A stretch of DNA of 31,137 nt from Deltaproteobacteria bacterium. GTDB lineage: Bacteria; Myxococcota_A; Polyangia; Palsa-1104; JAEUJZ01. Shown here in pieces: positions 1 through 7,831 of the stretch. Both the position numbers and the translations under genes were made by a program. The notes under the pieces are model-generated. The model did no database searches and was not told the DNA's origin. It worked only from the letters and a program-made list of their open reading frames with translations. Position 1 is the first letter of the stretch; each line of letters begins with the position of its first letter. The stretch spans positions 2,771 to 33,907 of the forward strand of contig JAGNNG010000001.1 in the NCBI GenBank assembly GCA_017990795.1. The letters are read 5' to 3'.

Positions 1-1056
1 GTCGGAACGGTGCCGGTCGGGCCCGCAAATCCACCGGATATTTCTAGCCCCCTTACAAGCATTCCGAACTATGCCGTTGGCCTTAGCATCCGCCCCGACT
101 TAGCAAGGCGAGGTACGCGCATAGAGCGCGCTGCGCTGCAAGCTCAGGCTGCAGATGCGCAGCTAGCATTCGCTACGCGCACTCATGCGTTACGACTGCT
201 GCGCAACATTGGAGAGCTTGCGATAGCATCGCTACGACTTGGAGCCGACCAACGGTTAGTCAAGCAAGCTAAGGATGCGCTGGCACTGGCTCGGGATCGA
301 GTGCGCACAGGCTTTGGGCCGCCACTGGATGCCGACCGTGCAGAGATCGAACTGCTCCGCTTTGAGCAGCAGGTATCTACTGACCAAGGGGAGATCTTAG
401 TCGCTCAAGCTGCATGTGCGGAGTACGTAGGTGTTCCCTGCGGCAGCTTTTCCGAGGACACACAGGCACGTCTATTTCTGTCGAGCTGGCAGCTGCGTGC
501 GGAGCAAGTTCCGCTCAATGGATCGTCACGCCAAGATCTGCGCGCCTTGGCTATTCAACAAAAAGCAGCATTGGCAGAAGAACGACTTGCCTTTGCGCAG
601 CAGGTGCCAGATCCCACAGTCCGGATGGGCTATCTGTACGATAGCTTTGTCGTCTCTGGTAATCAGCAGCACTCCGTTAATCTCTCCCTTAGTACGCCGC
701 TGTCACTCATTGACCGTGGGCAAGCTGGAGCCCAGGCGGCGCAAGCCCGAGCCAGACGTTATGCTGAGCAGCGACGGCTGGCTCTTGCCGCCTCAGCAGC
801 GCGGAGCGAGGCTTTGCGGCGAGCGCTGCAGATGCAGCGCCAGCGACTTCGCATGCTACAGGAGCAGGTAGTGCCGCGCGGACAAGCCATCTTGCGCGAT
901 GTTCGGCGCGCATTTGAAGCGCGGTCAGTACCCCTCACAGACTTGAATCAAGCGCAGCGCGCACTTGATGAGCTGGTGCTGCAAGAAGCCACTGCACTGA
1001 GCGATGTCTTTCGCTTATGTGTCGACTTGATTGAGCTAGGAGGGGAGCAGGAGTGA
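1..1056 (+). CDS. TolC/CzcC-family outer-membrane efflux protein, 5'-truncated by the window edge
   Basis: Frame is open to base 1 (track start 10 is an internal GTG). Helical OEP-type repeats, QVPDPTVRMGY and VNLSLSTPLSLIDRGQ (the P.FxRNQG-like segment), C-terminal LTDLNQAQR helix. Confidence 0.85.
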   Translation, partial: VGTVPVGPANPPDISSPLTSIPNYAVGLSIRPDLARRGTRIERAALQAQAADAQLAFATRTHALRLLRNIGELAIASLRLGADQRLVKQAKDALALARDRVRTGFGPPLDADRAEIELLRFEQQVSTDQGEILVAQAACAEYVGVPCGSFSEDTQARLFLSSWQLRAEQVPLNGSSRQDLRALAIQQKAALAEERLAFAQQVPDPTVRMGYLYDSFVVSGNQQHSVNLSLSTPLSLIDRGQAGAQAAQARARRYAEQRRLALAASAARSEALRRALQMQRQRLRMLQEQVVPRGQAILRDVRRAFEARSVPLTDLNQAQRALDELVLQEATALSDVFRLCVDLIELGGEQE

Positions 1057-1303
1057 ACTGGTTTCTGCTGGAGCACACGTTGCGCTGGTACGAAGCGGCG
1101 ATCTTGCAAGCATGCTGCGTGACTTGCGCGCAAGTGCAGCACTGGCGCAGACCAAGCGCGCGCTGGCCAGTCGTTTGTAGATGTTGGTCGATGCCCGCGG
1201 TGGCTCTATAAATGATCTGCTGGTAGCAAAAAATGACATGCGCGATGCAGAGCTTCAGGCCAGTACTGCCCCCCATAGATCATCACCAACTTCAATCGTT
1301 TGA
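1055..1303 (+). pseudogene. Internal fragment of an RND periplasmic adaptor (MFP/HlyD-like) with an in-frame stop
   Basis: Not in the ORF track. The frame reads ELVSAGAHVALVRSGDLASMLRDLRASAALAQTKRALASRL*MLVDARGGSINDLLVAKNDMRDAELQAS, with TAG at 1178-1180. This fits the lipoyl half-motif plus alpha-hairpin pattern of MFPs, and it sits directly behind tolC where an adaptor is expected. Confidence 0.65.
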
Positions 1304-1315
1304 AGCTGGACTAAA

Positions 1316-2407
1316 GTGACATCCTTCATGCGCCGCTCTCGCTTTGGACTGCTGCTGCTTCTCTGTGCGACCTTCACGCTGGGTCTATTTGACTACATTA
1401 CTGGACCCAAGCTGTCGTTCGGGCTGTTCTATCTGCTCCCCGTCTCCGTCGGCGGCTGGCTGTTTGGGGTGCGCGCGGCGTGGATTTTGACTGCCGCCGT
1501 CTGCCTGGCGCAAGTCTGTGCAGACATCGCGTGGGCGGGGCAGGATCTCTCACCGATTGCACTTTGGAATTTTTCTACACGGGTGCTTGTCATTGGCGCA
1601 CTTGGTCACGTAGTGGCATGGCTGCGCCGAGACCGAGATAGGCTTGATAACCTTTTGGCAGAACGCACTTCAGCGCATGTGGCCACTGTGGATCAGCTAC
1701 GTCATCGCGACCGACTGGCGTTGGTGGGACAGCTTGCCTCCGGTTTGGCGCACGAACTGGGAACACCCCTGAACGTTATTGCGGGCCGTGCTCGCCTGAT
1801 GGAAGAGGCGCCATTACCGCCGGAGCAGCTAAGCGCTCACATTCGCAGCATCCTTGAGCAGACCGAGCGCATGACCAGCACGATTCGCCAGCTTCTTGAT
1901 TTTGCCCGTCGCCGGGGTCCAGACATGGACCGCGCCGACCTGCATGACCTATGTCGGCGCGTTCTGGAACTTCTCAGGCCATTGGCGACCAAACGCAAGA
2001 TCGTGCTCACACTTCATCCACGCAGTGCCGAGTGCCTAGCGAAGGTCGACTGGAATCAGATCCAGCAGGCCATAAGCAACTTGCTCATGAACGCGATGCA
2101 AGCGATGCCACAGGGCGGTGAAGTGGAGGTCAGTGTTCGCGGGGCAGATCGAGACTTTATTGTGCTGACCGTCGCAGATAGCGGCATGGGAATTGAAAGA
2201 GAACAGCTGCAGCGAATCTTTGAGCCCTTCTTTACCACTCAAGGCGCGGGCGAAGGAACTGGCCTGGGCCTCTCTATCACCGAGGGAATTGTGCGCGACC
2301 ACGGCGGCAAAATTGAGGTCAGCAGTGAAGTCGGACGCGGGAGCTGTTTCTCGCTCTACCTACCGCGATTGCAAGCCCAGCCGGTGGCTACCCCAGAGCA
2401 AACATGA
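1316..2407 (+). CDS. Membrane sensor histidine kinase HK1 (about 4 N-terminal TM helices, DUF4118/KdpD-like; HisKA + HATPase_c)
   Basis: H-box LAHELGTPL, N-box NLLMNAMQAM, G1 DSGMGI, F-box FEPFFTT, G2 GTGLGL; hydrophobic N-terminus. The start may be ATG 1328 rather than GTG 1316. Confidence 0.95.
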   Translation: MTSFMRRSRFGLLLLLCATFTLGLFDYITGPKLSFGLFYLLPVSVGGWLFGVRAAWILTAAVCLAQVCADIAWAGQDLSPIALWNFSTRVLVIGALGHVVAWLRRDRDRLDNLLAERTSAHVATVDQLRHRDRLALVGQLASGLAHELGTPLNVIAGRARLMEEAPLPPEQLSAHIRSILEQTERMTSTIRQLLDFARRRGPDMDRADLHDLCRRVLELLRPLATKRKIVLTLHPRSAECLAKVDWNQIQQAISNLLMNAMQAMPQGGEVEVSVRGADRDFIVLTVADSGMGIEREQLQRIFEPFFTTQGAGEGTGLGLSITEGIVRDHGGKIEVSSEVGRGSCFSLYLPRLQAQPVATPEQT

Positions 2408-3771
2408 AGCCGCAGATCTTGGTCGTAGATGATGACCGTGGCATGTGCGAGCTATTGGAACTCGGTCTGGCCCGGCGAGGCTTTCAGGTACGCTGGACAA
2501 CGGAGCCGCGCAAGGTCTTAGAGCTATTGCAGCAAGACTTTTATGAGGCAGTAGTCACGGATTTGAACATGCCAGGGCAAGACGGCATTGAGCTAACGCG
2601 TCAGCTCGTTGGCAACCGCTCTGACCTGCCGGTCATCGTCATCACCGCATTTGGCAGCATGGAGTCTGCGGTGGAAGCAATGCGCGCTGGTGCATACGAC
2701 TTTGTGACCAAGCCGCTGGAGGTTGATTCGCTAGCCCTTGTCCTGCAGCGTGCCGTCCAACATCGCGCCCTGAGAGAGGAGGTGAAGCTGCTTCGTCGCG
2801 CGGTTGCAGCATCGCACGGCGTCGACAACCTGATCGGCGAAAGTAGCGAGATGCGCAGGGTGTTTAACCTGCTCTCGCGTGTTGCGGAGGCCGATGTTTC
2901 AGTCCTCGTGCTGGGAGAGAGTGGTACTGGCAAAGAGCTGGTTGCCCGGGCAGTTCATACCCGCAGCCAACGCAAAGACGGTCCCTTTATAGCGGTTAAC
3001 TGCTCAGCGTTACCCGAAGCTCTGCTAGAGAGCGAGCTGTTTGGCCATACACGCGGCGCCTTTACGGATGCTCGCAGTCCACGCCGAGGACTTTTTCAGC
3101 AGGCCCATGGTGGCACTGTATTTCTCGACGAGATTGGCGATCTACCACTGGCGCTTCAGCCACGGCTTTTGCGCGCCCTGCAAGAGCGCAAAGTGCGACC
3201 GGTGGGCAGCGATACCGAAATCGACATCGATGTCCGCGTCCTTGCTGCCACCAATCAGGATCTAGAGAGCGCGGTCAGCGAGAAGCTGTTTCGCGGCGAC
3301 TTGTACTACCGACTGAATGTGGTTCAGGTGCGGCTACCGCCTCTGCGCGCGCGTGGAAACGATGTGCTGCTGCTTGCGCAGCACTTTTTGCGTCAGACGG
3401 CTGCGCGTCTCGACAAACACGTCGAGCGGATGAGTCCAAGCGTTGCAGAGCGACTGCTGGCCTATTCATGGCCGGGCAATGTGCGCGAGCTACAAAACTG
3501 CATCGAGCGCGCAGTGGCGTTGACCGCATACGACCAGCTTGGTGTAGATGATTTGCCCGAAAAGATTCGCGACTATCGCCCCTCCCAAGTCCTGCTGGCC
3601 AGCGACCATCCCAGCGAGCTTGTCACCATGGACGAGATCGAGCGCCGCTACATCCTGCGGGTACTTGATGTCGTGAGTGGCAACAAGTCACTGGCCGCGC
3701 AGATCCTGGGATTTGATCGCAGGACCTTGTATCGCAAGCTAGAGCGCTACGGCATCTCTACTCGACTGTGA
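2404..3771 (+). CDS. Sigma54-dependent response regulator RR1 (NtrC/AtoC family: REC-AAA+-Fis HTH)
   Basis: VDDD and TDLNMPG phospho-acceptor, Walker A GESGTGKE, GAFTDA loop, Walker B FLDEIG, RGDLYYRLNV, WPGNVRELQN, HTH DRRTLYRKL; ATGA overlap with HK1. Confidence 0.97.
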   Translation: MKPQILVVDDDRGMCELLELGLARRGFQVRWTTEPRKVLELLQQDFYEAVVTDLNMPGQDGIELTRQLVGNRSDLPVIVITAFGSMESAVEAMRAGAYDFVTKPLEVDSLALVLQRAVQHRALREEVKLLRRAVAASHGVDNLIGESSEMRRVFNLLSRVAEADVSVLVLGESGTGKELVARAVHTRSQRKDGPFIAVNCSALPEALLESELFGHTRGAFTDARSPRRGLFQQAHGGTVFLDEIGDLPLALQPRLLRALQERKVRPVGSDTEIDIDVRVLAATNQDLESAVSEKLFRGDLYYRLNVVQVRLPPLRARGNDVLLLAQHFLRQTAARLDKHVERMSPSVAERLLAYSWPGNVRELQNCIERAVALTAYDQLGVDDLPEKIRDYRPSQVLLASDHPSELVTMDEIERRYILRVLDVVSGNKSLAAQILGFDRRTLYRKLERYGISTRL

Positions 3772-3802
3772 CATTTTGCTACAAAGCGCCAAAATGTCAC
3801 AG
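3766..3802. promoter_or_regulatory. Perfect 13-bp inverted repeat (palindrome copy C); candidate activator binding site or bidirectional terminator
   Basis: CTGTGACATTTTG-ctacaaagcgc-CAAAATGTCACAG, overlapping the RR1 stop codon in a convergent gap. Confidence 0.6.
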
Positions 3803-3854
3803 CCAAGCTGGTGCTAACGATACGTCGCATTGGCAACGACAGGGCACCACCTGT

Positions 3855-5405
3855 CTAGTGTGGGTCAAGACTGAGCAGGCGCGCATCCACATCCACGAGC
3901 AGTTCCTCGCACACTTCTTGGCTTAGATACCCTTTGCGAAATGCAGCGAGAATGGCGTCTTTCTCGACGATAAGCATATGCCTGCGCGCGGCCAGCTGTT
4001 CCTCTGTGCGAAGCTCCTCCGCTTGTAGGTGCATGTCCGTAATACGCTGCTCTGCATCGGTAATGGCGCCTGAGTATTCATCGCGAACGCGCGCTACAGA
4101 TTCGGGGTGAACCGCTCCATCTTTGAGCAGCTGCTCTAGTGCTGAGACTGCAGCCGTCTTGGCTCGAATCATCCCCCGCTCGCGCTCGTAGTCCTTGCGG
4201 TCCGCGCGCAAGCCAATGAGCCCGAGTTTGCGCAGCAGCGGCCCCATGCTCAGTCCCTGCAGCAAGATTGAGATGAGAACGACCCCGAAGGTCATGGTGA
4301 CAAGCAGGTCGCGATGTGGAAAGTCTCGCGGCAGCGCCAGCACTAGCACCATCGATAGGCCGCCACGTAGACCGCCCCAGGTCAGCACCGCACTCCAGGA
4401 CCAAGGTAGCGTCTCGCGGGTTCGCCGAAGCAGCCAAGTTACGGCGTAGATCAGCGCAGCCCGTCCAAGAGTGACCGCCATGTACGCAACGAGGATCATC
4501 TTCCAAGACAGCAGTAGCGCGCTTAGGTGAACCTCAAAGCCGATGAGTAGAAAGACAATCGAGTTGAGGGCAAACGCCACGTACTCCCAAAACGACTCGA
4601 CGGCGATCCGGGTCGAGGGGCTCATACCAGTGCGCGCACCGTAGTTGCCGCAGAGCATTCCGGCGGCAACGGTTGCAATCACACCAGAGAGGTGAAAGTG
4701 CTCCGCAATAATAAAGCTGCCGTACGCGGCGATGGTGGTTAGCGTGATCTCGATCATGGGATCGTCCACGCGCTGCGTCAGCTTCGACGCTAGATAGCCG
4801 ACTAGAACGCCTACCAGCGTACCTAGTCCCACTACTCGTACAAAGTCCACCACTGCGCCACCAATCGACAGGGAGTCACCGGTGACAGCTCCCAAGATCA
4901 GCGTGAAGAAAACCACAGCGGTGCCATCATTTAGCAGGCTCTCTCCTTCGACCAATACGGCCAGACGCTTTGGCGCACCCAGGGTCTTAAAAAGCGCAAC
5001 CACTGCGATTGGGTCGGTAGCTGCAATCAGTGCTGCAAATACCAGCGCATGCTTCATCGTAAAGCCATCTACGAAATGAAGAGCGCTGGCAGCAGGCTGT
5101 AGTAGAACCGCCGTAATGCCAATGGCTGCGGCCACACCGGGAACTGCAAGTGCGTGAATCGCCAGCTTGTTCTGCCAAAACTTGTGAAAGTCCAGGTGAA
5201 ACGCAGCCTCGAAAACGAGCCCAGGAAGGAAGATTGCGTACAGCAGTTCCTTGGTCAAGTGTGGTGCGTTGATAACGCGCGTAGTCCCAAGCAGCAGTCC
5301 TGCTACCACCAGCGCTACAGTGTAGGGAATCTTGAGCCATCGCGCAGCCAGAGCGACGGCTGTAGCCACAGCAAACAGTGAAATGAAAACGGCTTCAAAG
5401 TGCAT
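3855..5405 (-). CDS. CPA1-family (NhaP-like) Na+(K+)/H+ antiporter
   Basis: About 12 TM segments, ATDPIAV, EGESLLNDG, GGLRGGLSMVLVLAL, helical cytoplasmic C-tail. Confidence 0.93.
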   Translation of the reverse strand: MHFEAVFISLFAVATAVALAARWLKIPYTVALVVAGLLLGTTRVINAPHLTKELLYAIFLPGLVFEAAFHLDFHKFWQNKLAIHALAVPGVAAAIGITAVLLQPAASALHFVDGFTMKHALVFAALIAATDPIAVVALFKTLGAPKRLAVLVEGESLLNDGTAVVFFTLILGAVTGDSLSIGGAVVDFVRVVGLGTLVGVLVGYLASKLTQRVDDPMIEITLTTIAAYGSFIIAEHFHLSGVIATVAAGMLCGNYGARTGMSPSTRIAVESFWEYVAFALNSIVFLLIGFEVHLSALLLSWKMILVAYMAVTLGRAALIYAVTWLLRRTRETLPWSWSAVLTWGGLRGGLSMVLVLALPRDFPHRDLLVTMTFGVVLISILLQGLSMGPLLRKLGLIGLRADRKDYERERGMIRAKTAAVSALEQLLKDGAVHPESVARVRDEYSGAITDAEQRITDMHLQAEELRTEEQLAARRHMLIVEKDAILAAFRKGYLSQEVCEELLVDVDARLLSLDPH

Positions 5406-5545
5406 GAGGGTCTTGCTTTGGAGTGAGAAGACTGCGATGGCGGAGAGTGGATGGTGTCAACGGCGTCCCGGCGTTGAGCTACTTGCGAGGAGAACGCACT
5501 TGGGGATGGATTGCAGCCAGAACGCCGCTGACTTACCGATCACAG

Positions 5546-5561
5546 AGCAGAAACTGTGCCA
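5546..5561 (-). promoter_or_regulatory. Sigma54 -24/-12 promoter for the CPA1 antiporter
   Basis: TGGCACAGTTTCTGCT on the minus strand (GG-N10-GC), about 140 nt upstream of ATG 5405. Confidence 0.75.
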
Positions 5562-5631
5562 TGGATACGGTGTTCTGTACATCCTAGCTCGGGAGGGCAA
5601 CTGGGTGGTGTGATGCTGTCCTTCTATGAGG

Positions 5632-5648
5632 GCCTGTCCGCGACAGGC
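5632..5648. other. GC-rich hairpin between the hypothetical gene and the antiporter promoter
   Basis: GCCTGTC-cgc-GACAGGC; no U-tract, function unknown. Confidence 0.3.
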
Positions 5649-5694
5649 ATGCACTCATCTTGCGCAACATCGGAGCCAACGACCACACCCAATA

Positions 5695-6252
5695 TCAGGT
5701 GATGGAAGCAGCGTCGCCGAAGATGCGGTCCATGAACTGCACGCTGGTACGCAAGGTTAGGTCGACGTGCGCTTCTCGGTCGCCGACGAGGATTCCAAAG
5801 CCGGGCGCGAAATGCAGCCGCCACCAGTTCAGCTCCGCCGCACCGTATAGCGACGGCTGCACGATGCCGCGCTTGAGGCGTCCGACGTGCTTGGGGTCGC
5901 CTTCAAAGTTGTCGAGTAGTAGCTGCGTCCGAACTTCGATGACGGAGGACCACCACGGGCGATGCTCGATGGAGTAGAACGCGGGCGACTGTGGCCCGGG
6001 GCGGAGGCGGAGGCGGGCGCGTAGTTCGAGCGGCCCGCCGACCAGATAGAAGTCTTCGCTCGGGCGGGTGGCCAGTCGGGTGGCTGCGCCTGGAATGTCT
6101 GTGTCAGCGCCGCTGCCGTGTCGGGGTTCTGGACTGCGGCAGAATCGCACTAGAAGCAGCGCAAAGTCATAGTCATAGTCGTGCTTGCGCAGGCGCCCGC
6201 AGTAGAACGTAAAGCGACAATCGGCCGCTGCAACGCAAGGACGGAAAGCCAC
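5695..6252 (-). CDS. Hypothetical protein, possibly an outer-membrane beta-strand fragment; true start uncertain
   Basis: The C-terminal ~100 aa look protein-like and amphipathic (YSIEHRPWWSSVIEVRTQLL...LHFAPGFGILVG...VDLTLRTSVQF). The N-terminal part looks non-coding and no clear RBS was found. Confidence 0.4.
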   Translation of the reverse strand: MAFRPCVAAADCRFTFYCGRLRKHDYDYDFALLLVRFCRSPEPRHGSGADTDIPGAATRLATRPSEDFYLVGGPLELRARLRLRPGPQSPAFYSIEHRPWWSSVIEVRTQLLLDNFEGDPKHVGRLKRGIVQPSLYGAAELNWWRLHFAPGFGILVGDREAHVDLTLRTSVQFMDRIFGDAASIT

Positions 6253-6340
6253 AGGCGCTTACGCGGGGCACCTTGCCCATTTTTCTGCCTACACCGTTTT
6301 CGCTTCGTTGGCGTCGCACTTACCTATACTTTGGGTAGTA

Positions 6341-7831
6341 ATGCTTGACCGGATTGTGATCGCTGGTGCGGGAAAGACGATGGAGTCGATCCTTGCGCGG
6401 CTGGTGCACCTGGCACCGCTCATCGTGCTAGATACCGCGCAGAGCGCGCTTGATGAGCTGCGCGTAGACACGGACCCATCGAACGCTGCAGAGGACGCGA
6501 GCCCGCCGCAGTCGGTCACGAAGCGCCTAGCCGATGCAACGTCGCGCTTCGTCCTGGAGGAGGCCCGTGGAGAATCGCATCTCTCCGTCGCTCTGGCGGC
6601 AGCAACGGGCGATGATCGTCGCAACATCGAGGTGTGCCGTCTGGCGCGCGAATTGGGCTTCTCGCCGGTCGTGGGCATCGTCATCGACCCATCGACCAGC
6701 CAAGACTATGTGGCACAGGGCGCGCGCGCCATCGTCCGTGCCCAGATTTTGGGCAGCGTGGTCGAGCAAGCGCTGCGCTACGACGGATTAGTCATCGCAT
6801 CAACCGTCGGCCAAGGGCGCGGCGAGATCATTGAGTTCGTGGTGTTACCAAGCTCGCCGGCAATTGGCGTGCCGCTGTCGCAGCTTCACGCCGAAGGCTG
6901 GCGCATCGCCGCAGTCTATCGCGGCACCGAGCTGGTAATCCCCATGGGAACCACCATGATTCGCGCCGAGGATCGCGTGCTGGTCATCGGTGACCCTGAG
7001 ATTTTGCCCAGCATCGCCGAGCAGCTGCGCATCGGAGTGCCGCAGTTTCCGCTGCGACATGGAAACAGCGTTGTCGCCTACTTACCAGCGGGGCGCATTG
7101 CCAACGTCGAAGAGGAAGCAGAGCTGCTGGCGCAAAAGACCCGCGCAACCGCGCTACGTCGGATCTATCCGGGTGCCAAGCCAAGCAAAGAGGCGCTGCT
7201 GCCTACGCCTGCCCCATCCGCACAAAGCCCGCGCCCAGCCGCCAAGCAGCGAGAGGACATGCTGCTTGCTGGTGACAACTTGCGCGCACACATCGAGCAG
7301 CTTCGCCAGCTGCGGCCCGGAGTTGTAATCGCTAGCCCGATGCGCCGATCGTGGGGACGACGCATGCTGGGGCGCAGCGGTAGTGCAGCGGAGCTATGTA
7401 CGGCGATGGACTGCCCGGTTCTGTTTGCGCGGGGCACTCCGCACCATGCGCGCGTGGTTCATGCCCTCATCGCCGGAATCGCCGACCTGGCATCTGCCGA
7501 TACCGCCATCGACTTGGCACGCATGCTGTCGCTACCGTTGGTGGTCGTTCGCGTTATTTTACCACCGTATGTACAGGCCCCGGACCAGCAGACTGAGCAG
7601 GTTGGTGATGAACTACAGCGACGCGCGCGGCTCTATGGCTTGCAGTTGGAATGGCTGCAGATTGAAGGGAATCCTGTCCGGGAACTGGTTCGCCTGGCCC
7701 AGCCCGATGATCTGCTGATCCTCTCCAGAAAGCCAACACGACGCGACAGCTTCACCTCGCCCGACGTAGCGATGCGAGTGGCCGAGTCGGCTCGTTGTTC
7801 CACGTTGATTCTGACGGTGCAGCGGCCGTGA
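6341..7831 (+). CDS. TrkA-like RCK_N + RCK_C protein fused to C-terminal universal-stress-protein (USP)-like domain(s)
   Basis: MLDRIVIAGAGKT Rossmann start (ATG 6341 preferred to track TTG 6308); RCK_C pattern SPAIGVPLSQL...IAAVYRG...IP...IRAEDRVLVIG; USP pattern EGNPVRELVRLAQPDDLLIL...DVAMRVAESARCSTLIL. Confidence 0.8.
   Translation: MLDRIVIAGAGKTMESILARLVHLAPLIVLDTAQSALDELRVDTDPSNAAEDASPPQSVTKRLADATSRFVLEEARGESHLSVALAAATGDDRRNIEVCRLARELGFSPVVGIVIDPSTSQDYVAQGARAIVRAQILGSVVEQALRYDGLVIASTVGQGRGEIIEFVVLPSSPAIGVPLSQLHAEGWRIAAVYRGTELVIPMGTTMIRAEDRVLVIGDPEILPSIAEQLRIGVPQFPLRHGNSVVAYLPAGRIANVEEEAELLAQKTRATALRRIYPGAKPSKEALLPTPAPSAQSPRPAAKQREDMLLAGDNLRAHIEQLRQLRPGVVIASPMRRSWGRRMLGRSGSAAELCTAMDCPVLFARGTPHHARVVHALIAGIADLASADTAIDLARMLSLPLVVVRVILPPYVQAPDQQTEQVGDELQRRARLYGLQLEWLQIEGNPVRELVRLAQPDDLLILSRKPTRRDSFTSPDVAMRVAESARCSTLILTVQRP

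Noticed and set aside
1222-1237. GTAGCAAAAAATGAC, resembling a half-site of the palindrome upstream of HK1
   Set aside because: No partner half at the right spacing, and it is explained as codons (VAKND) of the adaptor relic.
2404-3771. GAFTDA instead of GAFTGA as a sign of sigma54-independent regulators
   Set aside because: The contact residues F and T are retained, the variant is shared by both paralogs, and sigma54 promoters are present nearby.
6309-6330. TGGCGTCGCACTTACC and an adjacent TATACT upstream of the RCK-USP gene
   Set aside because: The -12 GC is AC, and the sigma70-like -10 has no recognisable -35; the promoter type cannot be called.
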